Positions 1-10,099 of a stretch of DNA of 64,000 nucleotides are shown piece after piece; within the stretch, counting starts at the first letter, position 1, and each line of letters begins with the position of its first letter. Below the pieces are notes generated by a model. The model saw nothing but the letters and a program-made list of their open reading frames with translations, searched no databases and was not told the DNA's origin. This DNA is from Emiliania huxleyi CCMP1516 (lineage: Eukaryota), in contig NW_005202428.1 of the NCBI RefSeq assembly GCF_000372725.1, positions 1,411,331 through 1,475,330 on the forward strand. Direction: 5' to 3'. Made by a program: the position numbers and the translations under genes.

Positions 1-2277
1 CGAGATGGCACGAGATGACCCAAGATGCCCAGCACGAAACCGCACTCCCGCCCCTGCCGTGTCCCACGAGTTCAACGTAATGACTCTGTCCTCAATCCCA
101 GCTCCAAGAATCCCATCCACTAGGTACGCCACTGCCGACACGCGCGACTATGCGATCGCGGTGCGGCGGCACTCCCGAGACACTTGCTCCCTCGCCACCC
201 TCCCCCGCGACTCGCCCCACCTGCCCATGGCGCGTCGCACGTCCATGACTCGCACGTCCATGACACGCCCGCTGACGCCCCCCCGCCCGCTGACCCGCCC
301 GCGACCCGCCCGCAGCTGCCCCTCCTTTCCGCGATCCTGCACGACCGGGTGCGGGCCGCCGACGTGCAGAGCACCGCCACTCTCCTCGCCATCTGCGCCA
401 CCGCCGGCGTGCCACTCATTGCCGAGGCGGCGGCCGCACGGGCAAGCGACATGTCCCTGCCGCTGCTGGGCGGCGAGGCGGAGGCGAGAGCCTCCCGCTG
501 CGTGGGGGGGATGCGTGCCGGGCCTCACACCTGTCCGACTCGCGCACTGTTGGACGAGCTAGGCGGGCCTGTGGTGCGTGGGCGTGTACGCAGATCTGCT
601 GCTTCGCTGGCAGCTCTTCCACACGCGTGCGCAGCTGCTCAAGCTCGTCGCTCCCCTGCGGCGGCGCGCTCCCCACGCCGCCGGCAGCGGCAGCGCTCCC
701 CTCCGCCGCGGTGGCGCGCGGTGAAGCCTCCCCTGAGCCTTCCCGCAGCCTCCTCTGCAGGCGGCGGCCGGGCCTCCAACGACCGCATCTCGCGGACCAT
801 CGAGGAGCGGGCCGCGTCGGCGCCGGTGCAGCTGCCAAGATCCCTCTCGAAGCCCGCTCGGAGCCTTTCCATAGGAGGAGCCGCCCGGCGGCCCGGCGCA
901 AGGCGGCGACGACGAGGCGAACCGGCCGGGTGGGCCGTTCGACCAGGCCGCCATCTGGGAGTGCCGGAGAGTGCCCGGCTGTTTTGCCCGAGAGGTGACA
1001 GAGGGCAGTTTGACCAGGCGGCCCCGCTCCACCTCGACTGCATCCCGGCTGCGCGGTCGCCGCCACACCGCCGCGTGCCCCCGCCCCTGAGCGGCGGGCA
1101 GCGGAGCGGCTCCTCGTCGCTCAGCCAGAGCTACCGGCGCTCGAGCTCGCACGGACACGTCTCGCTCCTCCTCGGGGCGTCGCCCGCCGCTTCGGGCGGC
1201 GGGTCGGTCCCGCCCACGCTGCTCGGCGCGGCGGGCGGGGCGACCTCGTGCGGGCTCCTGCAGCAGTGCCGAGCAGCGGGCGCCGCCTCTCCCGACCCGC
1301 CGACCCGCCGCCACGCTTCGCTCGTGCCGAGCGCCGCCGCCGCGCCGCCAGTCACCGCGTGCGCGGTCGCCATAGCACAGATGCGGCATCCCTGTAGCCC
1401 AACTGGCGCTCGCGACGACACGTACACAGCTGGGCCCACCTGTGTTGCAGCCGCCATTCACTGCATTCGTAGCCCTCGTGTTCACGCGACGCGCCGAATA
1501 CACTGCACGCGACTCACGCCCTCAGTTAGCTCCGCGTGTCGCATGCCACAGGTCGCCATACCGCGCGACGCGGAGGGCGGGCCAGGCGCGAGCAGCGCCT
1601 CGGGCTCCTCTTCCTCCGGGGGCCTTCGTGAGCCTTCTAGCAGCCGTCCTGTAGGCGCGAGCAGCGCTTCGGGCTCTCTGCTCGGGGGCGGGGGCGGAGG
1701 TGTGCCGAGCCGCACGTCTTGCATCGCACGTCCGCGACAGTCCATGACACCCACGGCGCGTCCGCGACACGTCCCACGACACCGTCCGCGACACGTCCGA
1801 CACGTCCCGCCAGGCATGCCGAGCAGCACGTCGTGTGGCCGGCTCGGCTCTCTGCTCGGCTTCTGCTCCTCGGGCGCGTCTGCGAGCGCGGCGGCGGCCG
1901 GGCCGCAGCTCGCGCGGCGGGCGAGCCCAAAGGCGGGCTCCGGCGCGCTGCAGGCTTGCCCCTCCAGCAGCGGAGAGGCGCTGCACGCGGCTGCGCAGCC
2001 GGCGCTGCGGTGCTCCATCTGCGCGCTGCCCGTGCGCGGCGTCGCGTGGGCGTGCGGTGCGTGCGGCCATGGCGGCCACTGGCAGTGTGTGCGCGCGTGG
2101 GTGACAGCGGCTGCGGCGCGCGGGGAGCCCGAGTGCCCAACCGGGTGCGGCTGCCATTGCGGCATCGCGAGCCTCGCGCCGCCGACCAGGCAGGTGCCCC
2201 CCTCCGGCGGCCACAAAGCGCCGCCCAGCAGTTGCCTCCCCGCTCAGCGCCGTGTCGGCGAAAGGAGCGGACCCTGA
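1..2277 (+). CDS. WDR59: GATOR2/SEA complex subunit WDR59 (Sea3)-like, 3' part, spliced, 5' end outside window
   Basis: Has a DVQS..TL segment, YADLLLRWQLFHTRAQLLK (~585-645, different frame), and a C-terminal zinc/RING motif CSIC..VRG...C..CGHGGH..C..W...CPTGCGCHC. The CPTGCGCHC ending fits WDR59 better than WDR24 or MIOS. Confidence 0.75.
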
Positions 2278-2675
2278 TCTCTGCTCGTGCTGCAGTGCTC
2301 GCTCCGAGTGCACCACACAAGTCCCTGGGCTGCGGCTCCTGCAGCAGGTTATTCTCTCTATCAGTCGTGTGCGTTCATATGGCATGTTTACTTGCATACA
2401 TTTATTGACGCGCGGAGAAATAGCATGGGCCATCTGGCACTCACTCGGCCGGAGACTCGGGCCCCTCCGGGGGGGGGGGGGACGCGCTGCCGTCTCTCTC
2501 CAGACTCCACTCAAGCACTCTCTCTCACAATACGCATGTGTTCATGGCGCTCCACAAATGAAGAGTGACAAAGACAAGATGGCGGCAACATGTTGCGGCC
2601 CGCCTCGCGCTGGCCGCGACTCTGGAGAGACCAGGCGCGCTGATACCGGCGCAGCTGGAGAGTAGCTCTACTCGC

Positions 2676-3473
2676 TCACAGCGACTCGGACGTGGGTGGC
2701 GTGGAGATGCGCGGGACCTGCCAGAACTCGAGCGGGTTGTACACGCCGCGCAGCTTGTTGAAGGCGCCGTTCTGCGCCACCTTCACCGCCCGCCGAAGCA
2801 CGAGCCCCTTCTCCTCGAGCAGCGACGCGCCAATCTCGCGGTACGCGTCTGCGGAGCAGTAGGCGATGACGGAGCCGGGGTGCCTCGCCACCGCGTCGAG
2901 CAGGCCGCCGTAGAGCCGGCGCATCTCCTCCGCCGGCAGGTTCGCCATCCAGAGTGGCTCGTAGATGTAAAACACCGCGCAGCCGCCCAGGATGTCGTCG
3001 CCCGCGCACAGCTTGTCGACAAACGGAAACATGTCGCCGCAGACGACTTCGATGGCCGGGTCGTTGTGCGCGGCGACCGCCTCGCGATGCGTCGCCGGGT
3101 CGAGCTCCACGCCCACCACGCGCTGGAAGAGCCGCCGCCCGTCGACCGTCGCGTTCCGCATCGGCTGGAGCATCGTGCCCTGCCCGCAGCCGCAGTCGAC
3201 AAAGGTCCAGCTGAGCTCGCCGTCCATGACCTGCTTGAGCTCCTCGACCACGGTGGGAATCACGGCGGGCATCGTCGGCTTGCACGCCGGCCGGCCCCGC
3301 AGCGTGGGGCCGATGAGGTTGGCGAACCACTGCCTGACGCTCGCCACGTCCTCGCGCAGCGTGCTCTGCGGCAGCGCAGCCTTGGAGGCGCCGTCGGACG
3401 AAGCTGTCAGCCGCCGGCGCAGGAGCAGGACGACGAGGATCAAGCCGCCGCCCGACGCGGTGTACCAGTACAT
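2676..3473 (-). CDS. Class I SAM-dependent methyltransferase with N-terminal hydrophobic anchor
   Basis: 265-aa ORF with motif I FVDCGCGQG, plus VVGVELD and VVCGDM; N-terminal LILVVLLL. Confidence 0.75.
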   Translation of the reverse strand: MYWYTASGGGLILVVLLLRRRLTASSDGASKAALPQSTLREDVASVRQWFANLIGPTLRGRPACKPTMPAVIPTVVEELKQVMDGELSWTFVDCGCGQGTMLQPMRNATVDGRRLFQRVVGVELDPATHREAVAAHNDPAIEVVCGDMFPFVDKLCAGDDILGGCAVFYIYEPLWMANLPAEEMRRLYGGLLDAVARHPGSVIAYCSADAYREIGASLLEEKGLVLRRAVKVAQNGAFNKLRGVYNPLEFWQVPRISTPPTSESL

Positions 3474-4152
3474 GGTGGGAGAGTTGGTGGTAGTGGGCGC
3501 GGCGCGGGAGTAGCGTGTTCGCCACCGGAGAGGGCGAATCCCACAACACCGCGGCGTTTCAGACAGAAGAATTCACGGCGAATTTTGTTATTCTGTATAT
3601 CTGAAGATCTGACCGGGGGATTCTCCCCTGCGTACCTCATCAGGCTTCCCTCGTCACAGCTCGGTGATCGCGCCGGCCGGAGACCACTGTAACGTCCGTT
3701 CCGGGCATTTGAACGCGACCTTCGGGGGCAAAGACATTGGCTCTATGGCTCAGACTGGACTCCTCTTGGTCCCTTCTGATGCCCTAGGCCACACCTGGGC
3801 CTTACCTGGGGTCCTAGCACCTAGGGGCCGGGCAGGGTTTGCCCCCCCCAACTCGCAAGCACTGGCCCGAAGGACCTTAAGAGTATCGAGAGTTTTCACG
3901 ATCAGTTCCGTTATAGCCCCGAGCGGGTCAGTTTTCCTTTTGGTTCTCGGTCTGGCAGTCTGAAACGGCTGTGAACACTTCTGTGAAAAACGGGGGGTGC
4001 TGGCAACCCCCCCCCCGCACACCAGACCACAACCATCACGCTTGCGAGACACGCTTGCGCGCACGTACGCGACGCTCGGCTCACCACGGGAGGTATATGG
4101 CGTCGGGAGCACTGTCGGGAGACTTTTTTTCGCTTCAATTGCGACGCTCGGC

Positions 4153-4944
4153 TCACCACGGGAGATGGCATCGGAAGAGCTGCTCTGCGTTGGCGAGCGC
4201 AATGGGCTGTGCGTCGTCGTCGTCGTAGTTGAGCGTTGCCGTCAGGCAGAAGTTGACCACGCCGTCGTCTGAAATTTCCGCGTTCGCGGAGGCTTCTTGG
4301 CCCGCTGACTGCCATTCGCCCAAAGTCTCGTACTCGAAGTAGGACCAGTCCGCGCCATCTCCCAGATCATTGCCAGCCTCGTAAATCTTGAAGGTTCGCA
4401 AGCCACGAGAGACGAGCACGCGACACTGCAGCTGATGCCAGCGGCGCATAGCCTCGTCCGGGTCTGTATAGTTGAGTGCGTTCAGCTCGTTGATAAAGGC
4501 CGGGCGGGCCGACCACAGGCGCGAGCCACCGGCGTCGTTAGCGCCATGGTGGGAGAGGAGCGATGTCAGCGCGCCGCTCCACACGCCCGCGAAATCGTTG
4601 CCATTATACAGCTCCACCGTGAACAGCAGCTCATCGGCGCCGCCAATCTCCAGCTCGTTCGCGTTCAGCGTCAGCTGGCGCGGCGCACCGGCATTGATGG
4701 CCTGCTGCTCGCTATGCAGATTGATGATGTTGGTTGGCAGACGCTGTCCGTTTGTCGCCGCGTGACGCAGAATCGCTGGCATGCGTGGAAATTGATTCAC
4801 GAGCACGGCAAGCTCTGCGGCACGTGAGCCAGCGAGATTGTGCAGCACGTCGCTGACGCAAACCGCACGAGCGACATCAGCGGCCGACAGGAACGAGAGC
4901 GCGTGGTGAATCAGCTCGTGCGGGAGCGAGAGCAGGCTCACCAT
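4153..4944 (-). CDS. F-box domain protein (intronless)
   Basis: N-terminal LLSLPHELIHHALSFLSAADVARAVCVS matches the F-box consensus; 263-aa ORF. Confidence 0.7.
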   Translation of the reverse strand: MVSLLSLPHELIHHALSFLSAADVARAVCVSDVLHNLAGSRAAELAVLVNQFPRMPAILRHAATNGQRLPTNIINLHSEQQAINAGAPRQLTLNANELEIGGADELLFTVELYNGNDFAGVWSGALTSLLSHHGANDAGGSRLWSARPAFINELNALNYTDPDEAMRRWHQLQCRVLVSRGLRTFKIYEAGNDLGDGADWSYFEYETLGEWQSAGQEASANAEISDDGVVNFCLTATLNYDDDDAQPIALANAEQLFRCHLPW

Positions 4945-5706
4945 GGTACTGCGGCCTCCACCAGAAGGTAAGCGCGGCGTCGCGCTGGCTGCTGCTGCCG
5001 GTGTGGGGGCTGGCCTTAGAGACAGACTAAGAGATTTGGATACTGTCCCGTTTTGCTGTTCACAGCTAGGGACGGCCTCTGCGGCAAAGTCAAATCACCC
5101 CACCGCCTCCCACCTCCCACCTCCCTCCCACAGGCAAACCTTCGGCTCCCGCTCAGAGGCTCGCCGCGCCCGTGCGGCGCGCCGAGGGGCGCCGAGGCCG
5201 GCGCCTTGCACCCGGCCCGCGGCCGGCACCGCCTCGCCCCACAACTGACCGCCCTGCGGCCCCTGCGCAGGCGTACCACAGCGTCGCTCAAAAAGCGACG
5301 CCGGGTGTGGGCTGCTCCCTTGACCCGTCACCCGCCGCGCCCTCGCCCGGCCGCCTCACCGCCCACGGAGGCTGCTCGCCGCCGCCGCCGCGCGTCCCGC
5401 GCCGCCACGCATGCCCCTTGCCCTGACGCGCGCGCTCTGCAGCGGCGCAGAGCGCGCGTCCCTGGCACAGACGGAGCAGCGGCCGCGCCAGCGGTCGCTG
5501 CTCCGCCCCCCCGTCGCGCGCGCCGCGCGCGCGCTGCCGCCGCCGCCGCCGCCGCCGCCCCCTCCTCGCCGTCTTCCCCACCCTACCCTCTGTTGCGCGC
5601 GCCGCGCCGCCGCGCTGCGCGCCCCCGCCCCCGCCCCCGCCCCCGCCCCGGCTCCCAAGCGCCCCTTCCCCGGTAGGTGTGCGGAGAAAGTAGAACCAAT
5701 CGAGAG

Positions 5707-6146
5707 TTAGGCTGTATAAGGTTTTCCTCTCGCACCCCGTCTGTTTTCCTTTCCTTTTTTCTCTACAACACCCTCTCTTTTCCTCTCTCTTTTCCCGGGA
5801 AAACTCCGTGGAAATCGTCAAATTTTGGGCTCTGAGCCGAGTCGAGGCTGGTTTGGGCCCAAAATCAGCCAAATTTTAGGCCAAATCGGCAAAATGCCGG
5901 GAATTTTGCGGAGAACCCGTGCATACCTGGAATTTACCCTGCGACCGCCTGGGTATTTTGTCGATTTCCTCAATTTTGCCTTAGATTTTGCCCCAGACCA
6001 GCTCTCAGACTCAGGCAGGGAAAACAGCGAGTTTCCAGAATGGAGCACCAAACACCCTCTGTTTTCCCTGGAAATTTCCGGAAACGCAAAGTGCTGGGGA
6101 CCCTCTGTTTTCCTTTTTGTTTTCCGGAAAACCTTATACAGGCCAA
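5707..6146. mobile_element. MITE, hAT-like (8-bp TSD)
   Basis: TIRs ttaggctgtataaggttttcc (5707-5727) and ggaaaaccttatacaggccaa (6126-6146) match at 19/21. TSD atcgagag at 5699-5706 and 6147-6154. AT-rich interior with repeated ccctctgttttcc-like motifs. Confidence 0.85.
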
Positions 6147-6542
6147 ATCGAGAGGTGGCAGAAGCCGCCGTGTGTGACACATATTGCGGCACGTGAGAGT
6201 GAGACAGAGCCCCGGCAGCGGCCAGCGCGCGCGCGCAGCGGCCAGCGCAACAGGCGTTTCAAACAGCAAACGGGACGGCCTGCGCAGCCTCTAACTATTT
6301 TGGTTCCAGGGGGGCGTGCGGCGCTATTTTCTCCGGGTTGATGGGGAGGGTGGGTGGGGGTGTTGGGGAGGGAGGGAGAGGGGTTTGGTCGCTGGTATTT
6401 TTTCTTTTTCTTTCGCAGCAAAACTGGCCCCAGGATAACCTGATTCGGTTTCGTCGCACAGCATAGGTTTCATTTTCATAGTCGGCCGTCCTAGGACGTA
6501 CGTCATTTCAGGTCCCGATTTCGGTTCTCGTAGTAAACCCTT

Positions 6543-6628
6543 TAGGGCTATACCCCTATAGGGCTATACCCCTATAGGGCTATACCCCTTTGGGCTCTCA
6601 GGCCCCGTACGGGGCCTGAGAGTCCAAA
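6543..6628. repeat. Tandem 16-bp quasi-palindromic repeat followed by a 28-bp perfect palindrome
   Basis: About three copies of tagggctataccccta at 6543-6589; ctctcaggccccgtacggggcctgagag at 6595-6622. Confidence 0.9.
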
Positions 6629-7065
6629 TCTGGCCTCCGTTTCCTTGGCGGACGCTGCGGTGCGGAGCTGCGGGCAGCGTCAGGCAGAGTAGAAGAGACC
6701 TAAAGCGGGTCGCTCGGGCCGGTCAGGGCAGGTCGCCGCACGCTCCTAGGGGGCGCTTTAGATGTAAGATGGAGGGAGCGTGCCCAGGAGAGCTGCATGA
6801 TTGCATCGGCGACGTCCAGCGAGCTGCTGTCGGGCTCCGATGCGCCTTCTCCAACAGAATAGGGATGTTTCGTCCTTGCCGATCGCGCCTTTCGTGCACT
6901 AACGGAGGGAACGTGGCGTCGAACTACCAGTGATTGCGCGCCTGGCAGCCCCTGTGGCCGTCCAGGACAGGGGGGCGCGCTGTGCCTAAGTTCGCTTCCG
7001 ACAAAGTCGGCGGCCCGACCCGTCCTAATAAGGTCGCACCACGTTTTTTTTTTGCGTCTGGCCTG

Positions 7066-7170
7066 TTAGGGATTTCGCCGGTAGAGAGCCCGTTAGGGTT
7101 TTCGCCCGTTAGGGGTCCCGTCCGTATTAGGGATCAGGGATCTCGCCCGTGAGGGATCTCGCCCGTGAGA
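7066..7170 (+). repeat. Degenerate TTAGGG-containing ~16-bp tandem repeat
   Basis: Units such as ttagggatttcgccgg, ttagggttttcgcccg and gagggatctcgcccgt. Confidence 0.7.
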
Positions 7171-7818
7171 AGAAGTCATGTCAAGGCGATAACTCGGAGT
7201 GAGGAGTCGATTTCGAACGTACGTAGCACCTCCACCCTTGGGCTTGCCATTATCACCCAACTCGTCCATTACCGATGGCAGTTTCAGAGTGATGTGGCGT
7301 GGAATGGTAACACTTTGCGCTAATGGCGCGATAATCGTTCGGTGTGCAGAGGGGTCAGCATTACGACGAACACTTGGTCGCCACCCTGTCGTCAACCACG
7401 AGTTGGCGCACGGACGGAGGTTGATTGGGTCTTCTGCACTATTGAAAGCTCTGTCCGCGGGCCACTTGTGCTGTTCTGAGGGCTCTAGAGATGAAAAGAT
7501 GCCTTCCTGGCGTTGGACGGAGAAAAAGGCGTTGGTCAGAGGGGCTGCCTCAAATGTTTGGTGCTGCTTGGGGGGGGTCCACCGCTTCTCGTACGTCATG
7601 CTCGACGAGCAAATGGTTGTATTGCCACCACATACCCAACCCAGGCACATCGGTTGGCTATGTGGTGGGTCCCGTCGTCGCACCGTCACGCTCGAATCGT
7701 TAATTGTACCGCCAAATGCGCGCATTGTGATCTCACTGTGGTACCCGGGGTCACAGTCGAAACGTTTGAGTGATTCGGCTGCGCTCCAATTCTCGTACAC
7801 GTCGGCTAAGACTTCCAT
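7093..7818 (-). CDS. Hypothetical protein or fragment, lower GC than host genes
   Basis: 241-aa ORF of complex composition with no recognised domain; its 3' end runs into the repeat block. Confidence 0.3.
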   Translation of the reverse strand: MEVLADVYENWSAAESLKRFDCDPGYHSEITMRAFGGTINDSSVTVRRRDPPHSQPMCLGWVCGGNTTICSSSMTYEKRWTPPKQHQTFEAAPLTNAFFSVQRQEGIFSSLEPSEQHKWPADRAFNSAEDPINLRPCANSWLTTGWRPSVRRNADPSAHRTIIAPLAQSVTIPRHITLKLPSVMDELGDNGKPKGGGATYVRNRLLTPSYRLDMTSSHGRDPSRARSLIPNTDGTPNGRKP

Positions 7819-8345
7819 GCACTCACTGGCGTGCTTGGGGAGTATCCCGGACCATCGACCTCGGGAGCGTCAGGGGCGGGGAACCCGCAATTTGAGATGC
7901 TGAGGGCATTTTGAGTTGCAAAAAATCAATTCAGATTGCATTTTTCAACTCAGAATGCCGAGTTGCGTCGACCATCCTGGAATGCGAACTGCATTCGTGA
8001 ATGCGCTAGCATCTGGAGTTACCCCTTTGCATTCTAGGATGCTCCTTGCTATTTCAAGTTGCCTTCCTCAACCTGAGATGCCCAGCATTTTGGCCAATGC
8101 CGCATGTCGGCGGGGCATCGGTAGGCTGCGGCTCGGCCTGCGCCTCGGCAGTCGTTGCCGCTGCGCAGCTGGATATGGTGGCGCACGTGGCGTGGCCTGT
8201 CGTGTGCATGTTTTGCAGCCCATAACCGCACGAATTGTGCATGACCCTCAGCAATCCGTGTTCGATCGGCAACGCCCGTGCCGCTGCTCTGTGTCTCGTT
8301 AGAATCAGGCAATGAAAAACGGCGCCGGCTCTCGTCGCATATCTC

Positions 8346-8678
8346 GTGCGGTACGAGAGCGACGCAGTGGAGCAGTGGGAGGTCATCGGGGCAACGCCGT
8401 ACCAGCACACCCTCCTGACTGAGCCAGAGATCAAGTGGCAGCGAGCGGGGAGCGAGCTTGTCGGCGTGACTACGATGCGCGAGTACAATGGCAAGCTCTT
8501 CGCCGGCGAGGTCATGTGTTGGCTTCCTGCCTGCGATGTTGAAGGGAACGTGGCCCTGTACAAGCTTTACCACGCTGATGGCGACTATGAAGATCTGGAG
8601 GAGCACGAGGTGCAAGAGGGAGTCCGCGTGCACAAGGAGCACATGGCTGGTACCGCCGTGGCCGAGGAGGGGGCGTGA
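8346..8678 (+). CDS. Tudor-like domain fragment (PTM/DIR17-type)
   Basis: REYNGKLFAGEV..W......ALYKLYHADGDYEDLEEHEV resembles Tudor-like Y.DGD.EDL domains; start unclear, possibly a fragment. Confidence 0.55.
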   Translation: MRYESDAVEQWEVIGATPYQHTLLTEPEIKWQRAGSELVGVTTMREYNGKLFAGEVMCWLPACDVEGNVALYKLYHADGDYEDLEEHEVQEGVRVHKEHMAGTAVAEEGA

Positions 8679-8725
8679 GACCGTTCGTTGACCTTTGTGC
8701 TTTGACGCGTGAAGCGTCGTGAGAC

Positions 8726-9478
8726 GGGTTGTTGCACGAGTATATGGGACACGATGTCTCAAATATGAGGGGGTTTGACTCCTACCGGCTCCTGACGCTA
8801 TCCCTGGCAGCTCTAATGGCCAGGGTCAGTAGTGTTGTGATAGATGGTGCCCATACTAGCGCAGGAGCTGCCACACTCGCCCGGACCGTCCCCTTCTGGG
8901 GCCGGTTCCGCAGCCCGCGAGAGCCGACAGCGGGGCCGTGCCGCAGGTGCCTACTGCCGAGTGCCACAAACACTGCGCCGTCCCGCCATCACCTACAGGC
9001 TGTCTTGTGGGATGGTTGGGATGTCCAAACGCCACCATCTTGACTCTTGCGACCTCAAACCCGCGAGCTGTATGGGTGGTCCTGACGTCGACAGACGCCC
9101 GATGACCACGGTGAAGCTGAGCCGGAACGAGTCGACAAGTCTCGCCTGAGCCCGTGGCGGTCGCCGGCTGAGTCGCCGTGCACGGGCCGGTACCTCAGGC
9201 GTCACCTCCGCAGCCTCAGGTCTCACACTCCATCACCGCCGCCAGGACGCCGTCGGTGGCACGCTCGGCGGCGACTTTGTTGCAGCCCCACAGCGAGCGC
9301 GGCGTCGAGCCTACTCGGTCTGGTCGGTCGGCCGCACTCCCTGGGTGCCAGGGAGTGCGGCCGACACGCGAGCGGTGCTTCCTGGCAGCGCGCGCCAGCT
9401 GTGGGGCTGCAACAAACTCGAGACACGCTTTTTGGGACATTTTCGACGCTTTTGTCCCATATACTCGTGCAACAACCC
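8726..9478. mobile_element. Non-autonomous DNA transposon/MITE, 26-bp perfect TIR, 4-bp TSD
   Basis: gggttgttgcacgagtatatgggaca (8726-8751) is the exact reverse complement of 9453-9478; AGAC flanks both ends (8722-8725, 9479-9482). Confidence 0.9.
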
Positions 9479-10099
9479 AGACGGAAGCGAGGTCCCGTCT
9501 CCCGTCTCCCGAGGACGCAGAGATGCTAGGGTGGCCATAGGTCACGTTGTGCCGGTTTTATTTATATGGTAACCCGTACTGACCCGTGCACCTATCTTAT
9601 GTGGTGTCGCTCAAGTGAACCCAGTCGAACACCCACGCTAACCCGTCCCCGCGTTCGCTGACAGACGCACTCTCCTCCAGCCCCCCACACCGCGCCCGGC
9701 CACACACGCGGGCCGTTGAGCGGTCTCCTCCTCAACGCCTTGTAGCATCCCACCGCTCTCTCGTCTCTGACCCCACTCTGCCCACTGTGTCCCTGGCCCT
9801 CTCACCTCTGGGACGAGCACGAGGCAGCCGCCTCGGCGGGGAAGCTCGCCGCCGCCTCAATACGCGTTTGGCTGGCCGTCGCCGCGCCCTCCTGCGCGGT
9901 CTGATGCGACGGGAGTCGGTCACTCGCCTCGAGCCGCGCCATTCTCTCTGCGAGCCGTGCCACCGCCGCTTCCACCACCTGCGAGGGGTTGGCGAGGGGC
10001 GTGAGCGATCCATCTGGCCGCCTCGGAGAGGGGGGCTGACGGGGGGCTAGCGACGAGGAGCAATCTCTCGGCTACCTCTCGGCTACCTCTCGGCTACAG

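Noticed and set aside
3551..3971. Old hAT-like MITE (cgtttcagac inverted ends)
   Set aside because: Only ~10 bp of TIR match and the putative TSD matches 5/8, which is too weak to call.
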